From assembly GCA_001643675.2 (NCBI GenBank), contig LSRY02000016.1, positions 1,488,001-1,552,000 of the forward strand: DNA of 64,000 nt. The letters are read 5' to 3'. This document shows, in pieces, positions 1-13,100 of this stretch. The stretch comes from Monocercomonoides exilis PA203. Taxonomy: Eukaryota > Protista > Preaxostyla. Each line of letters begins with the position of its first letter. The stretch's first letter is position 1. Under the pieces are notes generated by a model. The model saw only the letters and a program-made list of their open reading frames with translations, was not told the origin of the DNA and ran no database searches. Position numbers and translations under genes: made by a program.

Positions 1-264
1 TATCTTCTGTTTTCTTGAATTGAGGTTTCCTTTGAAACAATTTCCTTCTGCGCTGTTCTGGAACAACCGCTTCGTATTGAGGAATTCCATCTTCTGATTT
101 TGTGCATTTGGCTCTTCGAGACTCCAGGCTTCTTCAAGAGGAACATTCCGATCAGCCTCGAAACTTCAGCCAATAATTGCAATGATGGAGCATTTTTTCG
201 TACATCATATGATTTGACTAATGTTTCTGTGCATTTGATTTTTTCATTCAATTCCTATAGCTAT

Positions 265-1920
265 TTAACGATTTATAATTGTTCTTTCTTTCCCATCAAA
301 GGCACACGCAAAAAGTGCAAAAGAAATATCATTTGTTGAAGAAAGAGAAAACATTGAAGTTGTGGAGATTGTCTTTTCCCAGTTCACGTTTTCCATTAGA
401 AATATTCCACGCTGAACGTAAATCAATTCTGTCGAAAATGCCGTTTCTGCTGAAGGTCCGCTTCCTACAGATAAGTTCACTCCGCTTATATGCATTTCTC
501 CTGCTCCTGTGATCTCAAACGGCCTTGACCCACGGTTATTCGGATGAACCGAGTCATGTACAAGGACAAAATCCCTTGCAGTCAATGAACCTGTTGAGAC
601 TGAAAAAAGAGTCAACCAAGCTGCTTCCAATTCTGTTTCCACAGTTGCTATTGAATCACTTTGACCATATATCGTGTAAGCGTTTGTTCCACAGTCCACA
701 CCCTTCGTTTCTCTTATCTTTTCTGAAAATACTTCAACATTGGTGACAAAGTCTTGAATCAGTTGGGTGATGCAATGGCTGATAGTGTTGCATGGATGGC
801 TTTCATCCAACCCGCATGCATATGTGTCAATGGAATTTGGTTCTGTTTGCGCTGAGGAGATATATCTAATTCTTCCAAAATCGTTTCGCAGTTATTCACT
901 TTTATCAGCAATAAAACGATGACTTGTGCTAACCCTGTTTCCTGTTTGTCTGGTGGAATAGCAGGTGGAATCAATGTTGTTTGCTGATGAACCATAAAGA
1001 ACAATATCGTGCACTCCTTTAACACATGGATCGTTGTGGAAAAAACAATAGAAAAACAAAACTCCATTATTATTTGCATTTATCTGTTGGCTTACTGCTC
1101 CTCCACACATTGAATGGCAATGACAAAAGAGACAATTCGAAATAGCAACTTGATCAGTGCATTTAAAATGTTCAATAGAACCACTTGTATCACTTGATGC
1201 TTTTCTTTCATCGGCAATTATCGAAAAATGCATTAATGGGTTATTCTTTTTGAAAAGTCACATATATTAAATTCACATTCAAATAAAAGATTTCATATTT
1301 TGCTCACATTACTGTTTCCACTCACGAATTCTCTTAAGAATGTTTGAAATGGCATTATCCAGAAATAGATTCCATATTAGTGAAGTTTAGTGTATGCCAA
1401 CGAAAATTTGAGCCAAATATGAAATTTTTGATTTATTTGAGAATTATTTATTTGCGACTTTTCAAAAAGAATGACCCAAATAATACGTTCTTTCTGTTTT
1501 CTGTTTTCGCTCTACCGAGTTCAATTGCACCTCCGTCATTGTGAGAGGAATAATTATTGTTTTGTTCGCTGCTCTTTGCAAACAAAAAAATAATTCGAAT
1601 GAAGAAGTGTCAAGATCTTTTAATATGCATTCTCACAAAACGTTAAAATTAAAATCAAAAGATGAAAATATAAGATCAGAAGAGTGAATATTCTTTTGGT
1701 AGATTATGCTTGTTTTTGTGATGAAGATTGTCCCACTTTGCAAATGAAGAGGAGATGTTGATTTTTGGTGGGAAGTGCTGGAATTCATCATTATATCTGA
1801 TTCGCCTTTAATAAGAAAAAACACAGAGGCAGAATATTCGACTGTCAAATAAATCGACTCGTTTGAAATCCAGAAAATGCAAAAAAAAATTTTATCTGTA
1901 TCAAATGAAACAAACTTCAA
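265..1920 (-). pseudogene. Frameshifted, truncated copy of the large Cys/GG-rich surface-protein family
   Basis: Broken ORFs 1633-1920, 892-1233 and 265-810 carry family motifs (NDGGAIEL near 1530; CLFCHCHSMCGGAVS; PCNTISHCITQL; LFSVSTGSL; CAFDG) like those of the intact 7126-13668 and 41199-49046 proteins. The ORFs are separated by stops and frameshifts. Ends are approximate. Confidence 0.6.
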
Positions 1921-2695
1921 TTGTCACTCTTTGGGGAAATTCTTTGATCTTCAAAATTTTCATGTGAACTATTTCTTCCAAAATTCTTATCTTCCTGAAA
2001 GCGTCAGTTTCAACAAGAGATTTTTTCTGATCATAAAATACAACAAAAATCATTCAGTTTTTAAAGTTCGCAAAAAATATTTTGTGAGCACCATCACTTT
2101 TCTTTTTCAACGAAAATTTGCCTTCAGAGGCTGATGATGAAAAGAAACAGTTTTTCAATAAATTATAATGGTTCTCTTTTTTGATCTGTGGTGATTTTTC
2201 AATAATTATCACACATATATATGAGTGGTCACAAAATATATCGTTATCGTATCAACAACTCCTGTTTGTATAAATAAAAATCCAATTCATTTTGTAATCT
2301 GATAATGCAAAATAATGTTTTGAGTGAAACAAAGATGTATTGATAAGTTCGTAAAAAGCTTGACAGTCCATCTTTTCACAATATGATTAATTTAGTTTTC
2401 ATTATAAGATGACACTATTCTGCCCTTCTTAAAATTCTTCAAGTTTTATATATATATTTTTATTTAATTTTCATTTTTATTTTTTATATTTTATTTTATT
2501 TTATTTCATTAATTTTTTTTTGTTCATTTTTTTTATTTTTCACTTTCTTTTTTTTTAAAATTGCATTTGCTTCACTTCATTTTGATGAGCTGGCTGGAAA
2601 AAAATTCAAATAACTGTCTGTTTTCGATTTTGTGAAATGATGCAAAAAAGAGAGAGTAAAATTCAGAGCTTCGACATCTGCAATATTTCATTTTC

Positions 2696-4112
2696 TTAAA
2701 CATTGACAAAATAATCAGAAATATTTTTTGATAATTGACGATAAATATTGTTACGAAAAGAAATCACTCCATGAAAGCTTGCAACGATATCTTCATATCC
2801 TTCTTCTTCCATCTTTTCAAATATCTTTCTTTTCAACTCTTTTCTTTCTGCTTCTTCAGCTTCTTCATTCGTCTTTTCTTTCAATCGTATTGAAATTTTC
2901 AAAAAGAAAAACAAGCAATCATATGAAATTTGGTCATCCACTGTTGATTGTTGAATCTCCTCCAAAACAGCACCAACGGCTCCACTTTTCAATAAGTCAA
3001 CAATTTTTACTTCTCTATTTTTTGCTGCTATTTCAAATAAATGAATGAACCAGTTGCTAATTTCTCTGCAATTATCCTTCGCTACCCGGAACACCCGAAC
3101 AATACTGTTAATAAGTCCAATATGTTCATCATTCCTCAATTGGCAATTGTCAAAATATTCCTCTATTGATACAAGCCATCTTATCAAAGCAAGCTCTTCT
3201 TTCGTTTCTTTTTCTTTTTTATCATCTTTTCTCTTCCAATCCACAAGCTTGGAAAGCTCTTCTAATTCTCTTGATGCTTCTCTCGCAAAATGCAGCACAA
3301 ACACGATAACTATTTTCAATCTTCTGTAGCTGTGGAGCCCGTCAATCAAAAATTGCCAGGCATATTGATACGCAAGTCTTGTCAGATTGTTATGTTTCTG
3401 ATGATATTGGATTATCTCCTGGATTTCATCGATGCAAAGCCCTTGCCTCACTTCCTAATAAAAAAAGCGGGGATAGGAGGTGAAAAATAATAATAACATG
3501 ATAGAAAAGAAATGACCACACTGTAAAATCAGGAATACAACTCAAAGCTAACAAAGCCATTTCCACTTTTTTTTGTGTCTCCTCGTCTTCATCTCTGTTT
3601 GAAGAAACAACCAGAAGACAAGGAATGCAAATCGATAATAGTTCTTTTGAAAATATTCCGTTAAGCAAAAGATAGCACTCACCTAGATCAACAAGAAAAC
3701 TTTCGTTCTTTCCTTCTTTTTTCTCATTTTCATCAACAATCATCCTCTCATATCTTTTGTTCAACAAAGATTGGTTAAAATAGATAATAAGTTCATTTTC
3801 CGCAGCACTGCGATATCCCATGTGTTTCAACAGTAAAAACTGATTCTCCAAAGATATTTTCTTTTCTTCAATCATTTTGTCCATTTTGTTGAATAGTTCT
3901 TTTGTGGAAACTAATTCAAATTCTTTTTCATCCATTTCTTCAATCAACGAATTCATTTCAAGTATTAACTGCTTCTGTTCATCCTCATAGCAATCTTCCA
4001 ATTCGTCTAATAATTCTTCAATAAAAAACAAAAAAAAATCCAATAAATAAGAATTTATATACAACTGCAATTGCACACCAGTGAACTTTTTTGTGTTGTT
4101 CGTCTCCTGCAT
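2696..4112 (-). CDS. Lineage-specific expanded-family helical protein, 3 exons (4112-4079, 4015-3522, 3454-2696)
   Basis: GT-AG introns 4078-4016 (63 nt) and 3521-3455 (67 nt) join ORFs 3426-4112 and 2696-3451 in frame (KKFTELLDELE...; ALSCIPDFT|EVRQGL...). Motifs VEMALLALSCI, NLTRLAYQ and KMEEEGYED; a decayed paralog lies at ~16040-16930. Confidence 0.85.
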
Positions 4113-4399
4113 TTTTTAAATTGCATCGCATTCAGAAAACAACACCGTTTAGTTACAAAAATTGATTTTGAATATATATTTTGCAGAAGAATAAGATGAA
4201 AAATAAAAACTCAAAATAGCCCTATAAATATATGCATTCATACAGCCCACATATTTGTCGAATTTTCGATTTGTAATTACAAAGATAAGGAATGCTTAAT
4301 CTTTTCGGTTTATTGTTATGGATTCAATGATCGTATTATTCTTTTTTGAACTGGAATTTCAGTTGACAAAAAGAGAAAACAGAGAGTGAATCTGTCCTT

Positions 4400-5240
4400 C
4401 AGAATTAGAAATATTATTTCCTGTGGAGACAACATACAATGATGGGAAGAATTGTTTTTGAAATTCTGCCTGATGATTTTTGTCAATTGGATGTCCAAGG
4501 GGGATGCAACAATTTTATTCATAACACAAAAAGACATAGTGTATGTATTTTATATTGTTCTATATGTTGTGAAGATATTTCCATCTGTATCCTTTCCAAA
4601 GTGTAGGAATGTGAGTTATTATTGAAATGGCCAATCTCCGCTTTGTGGAGCAACACGATGAGAATGGAGCAGATTATTATATAGCCATTGGGAAACAAAT
4701 GAAGTTACGCAAGATATACGATTTTTATTTGGAACAAGAGGTGAAAACAAATTCAGCTGATGTTTTGTTGAATGAAGACAAAAGAAGATGGAATTTTGTG
4801 AAGTACAGAATCTGCACAAAATTATATAGAATTTGGAAATTAATGCAGGGAGAGCAGTTTGCAATATTTTTTGGACTTGGAAAGTGGCTGGAAATATCAA
4901 GGGAAGGATATTTATCACAAAAAAAGGCAAGAAATCTACTCAAATCAATAAAAACTTGGTTTATACAACGTTAACAGGAGAAAAGCAGCTGTTGCTTCTG
5001 CTGGAAAAAAGTTTCTCTTCTGTATGGAGTTTTTATTGGATATTTAAGAAGACAACTCAATTTACTTCAAAACTGAATGTGATTGATATCAGTTTGTTCT
5101 TCCTTAATGAAGCATTCTATTGATATTCTCAAAAAAATTTTTCATTCAAAGCAAAGGAGATACAATATTTTTATTTCTTGTGTGCATATTCAACGCGAAG
5201 GAGCAACGAAGTTACCATTTTATGTTCATACGAATAATTT
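4400..5240 (+). mobile_element. Possible highly decayed DDE transposase relic (CMC/Transib-Chapaev-like)
   Basis: Fragments in different frames, in the expected order: SCGD (~4422), DDFC (~4470), (D)IFHLY (~4575), YTTLTGEKQLLL (~4962), LPFYVH (~5212). No TIRs identified. Confidence 0.25.
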
Positions 5241-6090
5241 CCTCAAATTCGCAGTGACATTGAGTTATCTCAGATTTTTTTCCCCTCATCATCGTCGACT
5301 TTTGAAACAATTCATTTGATCAGATTTCAACAATCAGATGGACTTCTCATTCGACTTCAAGGGCTTCATGCGACAGTATCTGATTTTGTTGATCTTTGAC
5401 TTCTGCTTCCTCGTTGCACGTACAAAGCATACGAGACACTCATGAAAATTGAAGTTAGACATTAAAAGAGGATTTTCCATTAATCCCGATGCATTCTGAA
5501 ACAGATAGTTTCCCATCTCCATTTTCTGGTTGTCCTGTTATTTCTTGAATTTCTGCTGGAGAAACGGAAAGGATTGCCTTCTGGATGAACACTTCTATCT
5601 CTTTCACTCAACATTTCGGAATGTTTTTTTTTTAAAAAAAAAACTTGAGTTTCAATGAGTTTATTTTGGATAATTTCATGTCTGCATGCAGGTATTCTGC
5701 AATCTATTCATCAATTCTTTCAGTCATGCAAAAGCACAGAAAGAGCAACATTGAACGATTTCCAGTAAGATTCTCATTTTATTTTGAATATGCGAAAGAA
5801 GCATCAGCTCCTTGCTTGCAGACTGATCATGAATTAAACGATTATGTTCAGCACAAGCACATTTTGGTTGAAGCAATGGAACTTCCAATAGAAAGATGGT
5901 TTTTCTTTCGCTCTACCATTTCTTCTTTGTCTTAAACATTCTCTTCTGTGTGTTTGTTTTTCTGATTCGATCACTAAAAGGCAAGTTTCTCCTTTTTCTT
6001 CAATTTTTTTGAATTTCTTTTCAATATTATCCATTGGCTTCTTCTCAACTATCTTCTTATGGTCCATCCTTCTCAGATTTGATATAATTC

Positions 6091-6091
<1 letters not shown>

Positions 6092-6148
<57 letters not shown>
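6092..6148 (+). repeat. Poly(T) homopolymer (~57 nt)
   Basis: Directly visible; it creates spurious poly-K and poly-F ORFs. Confidence 0.95.
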
Positions 6149-6150
<2 letters not shown>

Positions 6151-7125
6151 AAGCAACAATCAGAATAATTTCTGAGCCATTAGTCAATTCTCACTTTGCG
6201 TTTGGCAACTTCTATTTTTTCTTTTTCTTTTCTTTGTTTTATCTTTCTTCAAATTGACTTCTTCTTATTTTCCTTTTTCTTCTTCTTCTCCTCCTTCTCC
6301 TCCTTTTTTTCTTTCTCCTCCCAACAACTTTAAACCACATTTATTCTCTTTCTCCACATTTCTTCCTTTAAGCTGAATCCAAACAAAGCGAGAGAATCTG
6401 TTATTGATTGCTCTTTTTTCTTTTTTCTTTTTCTTTTTTGCTTTCATTTTTTGATAAAAGTTGAAACAACCTCTTTTGATTGAGATTGTTTTCATGGAAA
6501 TGAATATTTATTTTTGAATTGTGAATTTGTGGTGAATGTTTTATGAATGAGGATGTGGAACCTTTTTGAGTTGATTTCTGTTGAAAAAGTTTTTTGCTTT
6601 TGTATTTGTTTTTCCATTCAAAACTTTTGTTTTCAATATTTCGTGTTCTGTTTTGCAGTTATCATTTTTTTTATCCTTCAATGTGAATAATGAATGTTGT
6701 GTGATTTTTGTTTCACGCACGCTTTAACAAAAAGAAATATTTCTGAAGAAGCTCGCCAAATGTGATTTTGAATGAGAAGTTTTGCATTCAAATTGAAAAT
6801 TTGTCTTCAACTGAAAAAACAGATTCATTATTCATTGAAATGTATTTCCAGAACAATTATTTATGTTTTATTTATTTGAGAGTGTTTCGAATTTGTTTAG
6901 GATGTTTGTGATAATTTCTGAGATTTATCAAAATAACAAACAATTTTGTTTTTCTTAATGTTGAACATGTTGTTTGTTATAGAGATATTTTTCAAGAATG
7001 TTATTAAAGCACATAATTTTATATATTTTTTTGTACTTCCTTAACATGAATGCTTTTTTTTTATTGTTGCCCTTAATAAATGCTGAAAAACAACTTTTCT
7101 TCATTTTATTGATTAAGCGTTAGAG

Positions 7126-10100
7126 ATGCGATCAACGGTTATATTTTTAGCAGTTCTTGCACACATTTTTATCTGTAATTCGCAGTCAACCGAACATTTC
7201 ATTGAACAACAATCTGAAGAAGAGTGCGAAAACGAGAAGATATTTATTCATCCCCAGGTACACAGATGCCTGAAAAATTCATCAGAGCATAAAATACATT
7301 ACAAATATTTATTGCAACACGTGAATACTTTCCAACCGAGCATCAGCATTGGAAGCACTGAAATTGAAGGAAAATACGAAAAACACAATTTGCAGCATGA
7401 TCTGAAGGAAAACAAAAGGTATTATCGGACCTTTGAACCAGAAATATCAAGAGATTATCGGATGCACCTTTTTAAAGAAATGTTGAAAGTTCATATTAAA
7501 AGCAAGATTGAGGGATGTGTTTGTGCATTAAACTCATCCGTTGAGTTGAAGGAGATTGGGCTGGTTGGGGGTGAGTGCGGGAGTGTGGTGCGCGGAAGGA
7601 AGGGAAGTGTGGTTGTGGTGAAGGGGTGCTTTGTGGAGATGGGGAAGGACAATGAGGCAGGGGCATTTAATCTTTGTGGGAGCATTGGGATATTAACGAA
7701 TATCACATTGAAGGGGTGGGGAAGAGGGGGAGAGATCTATTCAGGCAGGCTGTTTGGAGGGAAGGGATATGGAGGGGAGAAGGGTGGAGGTGAAGAGAAA
7801 GGAGGAGAAAGAGAAAGCGGAAGAGATAGAGGAAGAGAAGGAGATGGAGATGGAGAAGGTGTTGAAGGGAGTATTTCAGTGAGCGAATCACACTTCTCTT
7901 CTTTTTGTGTCTCATCAGCCCCATTTCTGTCATCTCCTTCAATGCCCCTAATATCCCTCTCCAAACTCACATTTTTCAATATCTCAACAGCAAATGATGC
8001 ATGCTCACCTTCAACCACTTTCTTTTCCCAAACAAATTGTATAATGAGCAGTTGCTCATTTTGGTCTGTCTGCGATGTATATGATGGCGGGATTGTTCAT
8101 TCCCTCAATTACCCATTGGCTTCCTTAACTGTTTTAAACACCTCATTCGTTGGGTGTTGTAGGACAAGAAACGTTGAATTTATTGGAACGGAAGATAATC
8201 TGTTAAGGCCAGGAAGACAAAATGAAACATTCAATGGAGTAAATTCATTCATTTGGTGTGAGTGGAATGGTTCGAATGCAACAGGTACAACTGAATCGTG
8301 GTGGGACGGAGTGTCAACAGGAGGAGCGATCTGCATATACAGTCAGTCATCAGCATCTGTATCAATAAAACATTGTTCATTCAACGAATGCAATGCCTAT
8401 TGTGACGGAGGAGCAGTCATGATCATATCGATAAAATCCGTTCATATCGAAAATAATTTGTTCAATGCTTGCACGTCACAGGATTATGAAGGCGGAGGAA
8501 TCAGCGTTGGTTCGATCTCGACATGTATCAAAATCAGTGGTTGCAAATTCCAGAAATGCAAAGCAGGCTGCTGGGGGGGAGGACTTCACTTTTATGATTT
8601 CAATACTTCCAGATCTGGATGCATTGGAACGGAAAGTGGTGAAGGGGAAAGTGCTTGTATGTTTGAGTGTTCATTCATTTCATGCTCAGTTACACGACAA
8701 TATGGTGGAGGGATGAATTGTCAAAGTGTTCCAGTTCAATTCAAAATGCGGAGCATCCAATTCATTTCGTGTTCAGCTCCATCAAATGGAGGAGGGTTGA
8801 ATGTTGACTTACGCGTGACAGCAGTACCAAGTGATGTTCATTATTTTTATTTCTTATTTTTTCATGAATGCAATTGCAGATCTGCATCCACTCCATATGG
8901 GCATGATGTGATGTATTATGATCGTTATGATCTTTTTAATTTTTCAGGAAATCCATTTCATGAATGTTACACAACAAACAGCAATGAAAGTAGATTGTGT
9001 TATGCTTATTTGCAATCAGGTAGTTGGAAATATCAGCATACAGAAAAGAAGGGCTGGTTGAAGGAAGGGATGAAAGATAGATATGTTGGTGTTGGAGGAA
9101 GTGACTCAAATAATCTGTGTGGGATGAGTGAATCAGCACCGTGCAAGACACTGGGGCATGCTGTGGGGTCGAGCATGGCGCTGCTGAGCTCTGCAATCAC
9201 ATTGCTGGGTGGGAGGCATGTGAGTGAAGGGACAACAATCAGCGTTGGCGAAAAGAAGATTTCTGTTGTTGGGAGAGGGAAGACAGCGAGTGTGATTGGG
9301 ACAAATTCTCTTTCGACCTCTTCTACAACGCTGTTTAGCGTATCTTCTGGTCAACTGGAGGTGGGGCATTTGGGGATTGATCACAACGCAGAAAGAAGCT
9401 CATCGCCGAGTGTGTTTGTAGTGTCTGTGGGGAGCGGGGCTCTTTCATTGGAGGATGTGGTGATCTTTTCAAGTGTTAATGGAGAGAGAGAAATATCTTC
9501 ATCTATAATTGTGATGGCACTGTTTCAGTTGAGGATGATTGATGTGGAAATAAAAAATTTGAAAATGAGTCAACCTCTATTTGCCGAGCCATCCTCTGCA
9601 GGATCAACATCAGGAGAAAGTGTGCTTGGGAATGTGATAGTTCGGAATGTGAATCGAACAGGAGGAGACGGAGTAGTGATGGCAAAGAGTGTGATGGCGG
9701 GAGAGATATTTGTGGTGTGGAATACAACAATCGAAGGGTGCTTTTGCGAAAGTGGGAATGGAGGAGGGATAAAGATTGAATTGGCCTCTTCGACAAGCAA
9801 GGTTCTTATTGGAGATTCAACATCACAAAGTGGAGGGACTACAACATTTAAACGGTGCAAGTGCAGTGAATGTGGAGGAGGGGTATTTCTTTCTCTGACA
9901 GATACAGATGCATTGTTTGAGTTATCAGGAGATTTGATATTTGAGAGAAATGAGGCAGAACATGGAAAGAACATGTTCATTTCAGCAGCTGATCTGAACA
10001 AAAGCGTGACAAATGCTTCATTCAACTTTGATTATTCCTCAATGAAGGATGATAAAACTCTGTTTGTTGGAAGTGATGATTTTCATCAAGAAAAGGATTT

Positions 10101-13100
10101 ATTCATGTTCCTCATTCCATTTAGCTCAATTGAGATATTTATCTCATCGAGTGGATTTGATGTGGAGCGTTGTGGAAGTGGGGAAGAGCCGTGCTTCACA
10201 ATGTGGAAAGGGATGGAAAACATGAAAAAGGAGATTGGAAATAAAACAATTCATATTGAAGAATCAACCATTATTCAAGATTCATTCAATGTGTCCAATT
10301 ATCAGATCAAAAAAAGTGTGAAGATGGGAGAAGAGAATGTTAAAGCAATATTGAATTTTGAAAAGGCAGTTGGAAGTCAACTGGAATATTTCATGGGAAA
10401 TGATGATCATCTTGAATTGACAAATATCCAACTCCAACTGACAACTGGATTTGACAACTCAGCCAAAACAATAATTTTTAATAAAGGAGGTGATTTGGTG
10501 ATAGCTGAATGTGCATTTATTTCAGAAGCGGGAGTGAACAATGGATTTGATTGTGTATTTGTGGATGTGATTGGAGGAAGTGTGGAAGTGAATGATTTGT
10601 CAATTGAATCATGCAATGTTGGAAATAGCATTTTTGCAATTAACAATGCTGGAGTTTCTTGCCAGTTGAAGAATGTTCGAGTGAAATTGTTGAATGAAAG
10701 CGGAGGATGTCTTCTTCTGATCAAAGGATCTGAATTAACAACAAAGATTAATGAAGTGTGTGAGGAAATGAGTCTCAATATTAATAATTCATCATTTTCA
10801 GGAGTGAAGAGAAGTGACAATGGGCCAAGCATTTTGGAGTCAAAGAGTGAGAAAAGGTTTTGTTTGGTTGTGAATGAGAGCAACATCACAGAAGACAAAG
10901 CAGAAACAAGTGAAAAAGGAGGGGCTATATTCTTTGCATTGGGTGCATCTGGATCGATGAAAATGGTTGTCTCAACAATCAGTCAATGCAGCTGCAGTGG
11001 CTCCACAGGGAAAGGAGGAGGAGTGTATTTGGCAACAAAGGAAAGAGGGGATTTGAATTTCACATTTGTGGGGATGAAGTTCAGTGCGAACACAGCAAGC
11101 GTGGGGAATGACATTTTCATTGAATGTTTCAACATCACATCGCAGATCAATGAAACCCAATTTCAATTTGATCTTCGAGAGAATCGTTATTCACGAATTA
11201 ATGCCATTTACGGAATTGATGAATGTCAGCATTCAATTAACACAGATCTTATTGGATTTGTAACGATTCATCAAAGTGACACAATTATTGTGAGCAGCGT
11301 GAATGGATTGAATGAGAGACAATGTGGAACAAACACACTTCCATGTTTTTCAATTGATCATGGACTGATTCATCTGACTTCAGATTTCATGAGTATTATG
11401 ATTGTTGTTGAAAAGAGTGTGATTAGAAAAGAAATGAATCTGGAGGAGATGAGTCTGAGTTCGAAGAGCAGAGACTTGTGTGAAGTTGAAGTGAAATCAA
11501 ACATTGGAAAAACAAAGGATTATTTGATTTCAACAACAGGAACAGTTTCGTTGGAAAGAGTGAATTTTGTGTTTAATTCGAATTTCATCTCTTCACATGA
11601 ATCACTGATATCACCCGAAGGAGGAATTCTTGAGATAATAAATTGCTCATTTGACTCAAAACAATCGGCTGGAGAAGGAAATATTGTATTAGCAAACATT
11701 CGATTTCACATTATCAATATGGAAAAAGGAGAATTACAACTTGATAGATGCACAATATCAAATCTCATTCTTCATAAATCTGCATTATATCTTTCATCAC
11801 TACTTTCATCAGTAATCGATTCATTTACAATTTGCAATTCAACAATTAAAACTTCTCTGATAAATATAAACGAATGTGGACAATTAACAATAAAGGATTT
11901 CAATACAGAAAATATATCAGTTGTTGGAAATGAAGAATCATTGATATCTTGCTTGTCAATGAAAAAGACAATGCAATTGGCAAATTGTACAATCGGTAGA
12001 GTCGGTTCAAAGACCACAAAAGGGAAATTGATGAAAGTGGAGAATAGTTTGGATGTGAAAATGGACAGTTGCGTTTTTGATGGGAGTTCTAAGGAAAGAA
12101 ATGAAAAGAATTTGAATGAAGTGGAAGAGATGTGCAAATGGGAAGGTTCTCTTGTGGATGTTTTGAAGAGTTCTATTATTATGAAAGATACAACAATCTC
12201 AAATTCGCCAGATGGTGGAATAACAATGAATGGAGGAAATGTGACAATTGAGATGGGGTTATTTGAGAGCAATAATCCATCAATTGAAAGGTATCCATCG
12301 ATGAGAAGAAATATCATCTGCACAGATTCTGGAACATTGAATGTGATGAGTTTGAAAGGAGGAGATAGATGGAAGGATAACACATCACTTTGGATGTTGA
12401 ATGAAGGGTGCAATTTTGAAGGGATTATTTCTGAGAGAGAATCATCATTCTTCATTCCTGTGTTGGAGAGTGTGGAAGCAAAGGAAGAGACAGATAAAAT
12501 AAAATTGATATTCAAAGGATTGCTTCTTGTTCCATGCAATCTATCATTCGCAGTTGTTAAGAGGAAGGGAGAAGAGAAAGAGATTGAAAAGCACAATTTT
12601 GAAACAAATGGGTTTTTGACGGAAAGAGAAGTTGAAGGGAGCGTGGGAAAAGATCTCGTCAGCAACTGTGGAGAAGAGGTGGAAGTGAGTGTGTACATTC
12701 TGTTTGGAGATAAAAATAGTCCATCATCCACTGATTCTATCATTCTGAAGAATAGAAGTGTTAAAGTGAAGGATGACGAAAGAATACCTGAGGAAGATAA
12801 CAAAATTGAATGGAGCCTGTTTGCGTTTATTGGGAGCATTGTTGTTATTGTGATTCTACTATTTGTGATTGTTGTGGTTGTTGTGCTCATGAGAAAGAAG
12901 CAGAACAGAGGCGGAAGGAGGGTTGAAGATGGAGATATTGAAGAATCAAAGAATGTTGGAAGAGGGGAATGGAGAAAAGAAGATATTACGCAAAGAGTTG
13001 AGGAGGAAGATAAGTTGCAAGTTTTATTGGATGAAGAAACTGGAAATGAGATAGGAATTCTATCAGAGAAATGTAAAGAACTCCATCCATACGAGAATAA

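Noticed and set aside
5334-6495. Minus-strand ORF fragments, with the poly-T read as a retrocopy poly(A) tail
   Set aside because: No recognisable domain and no target-site duplication found around the tract.
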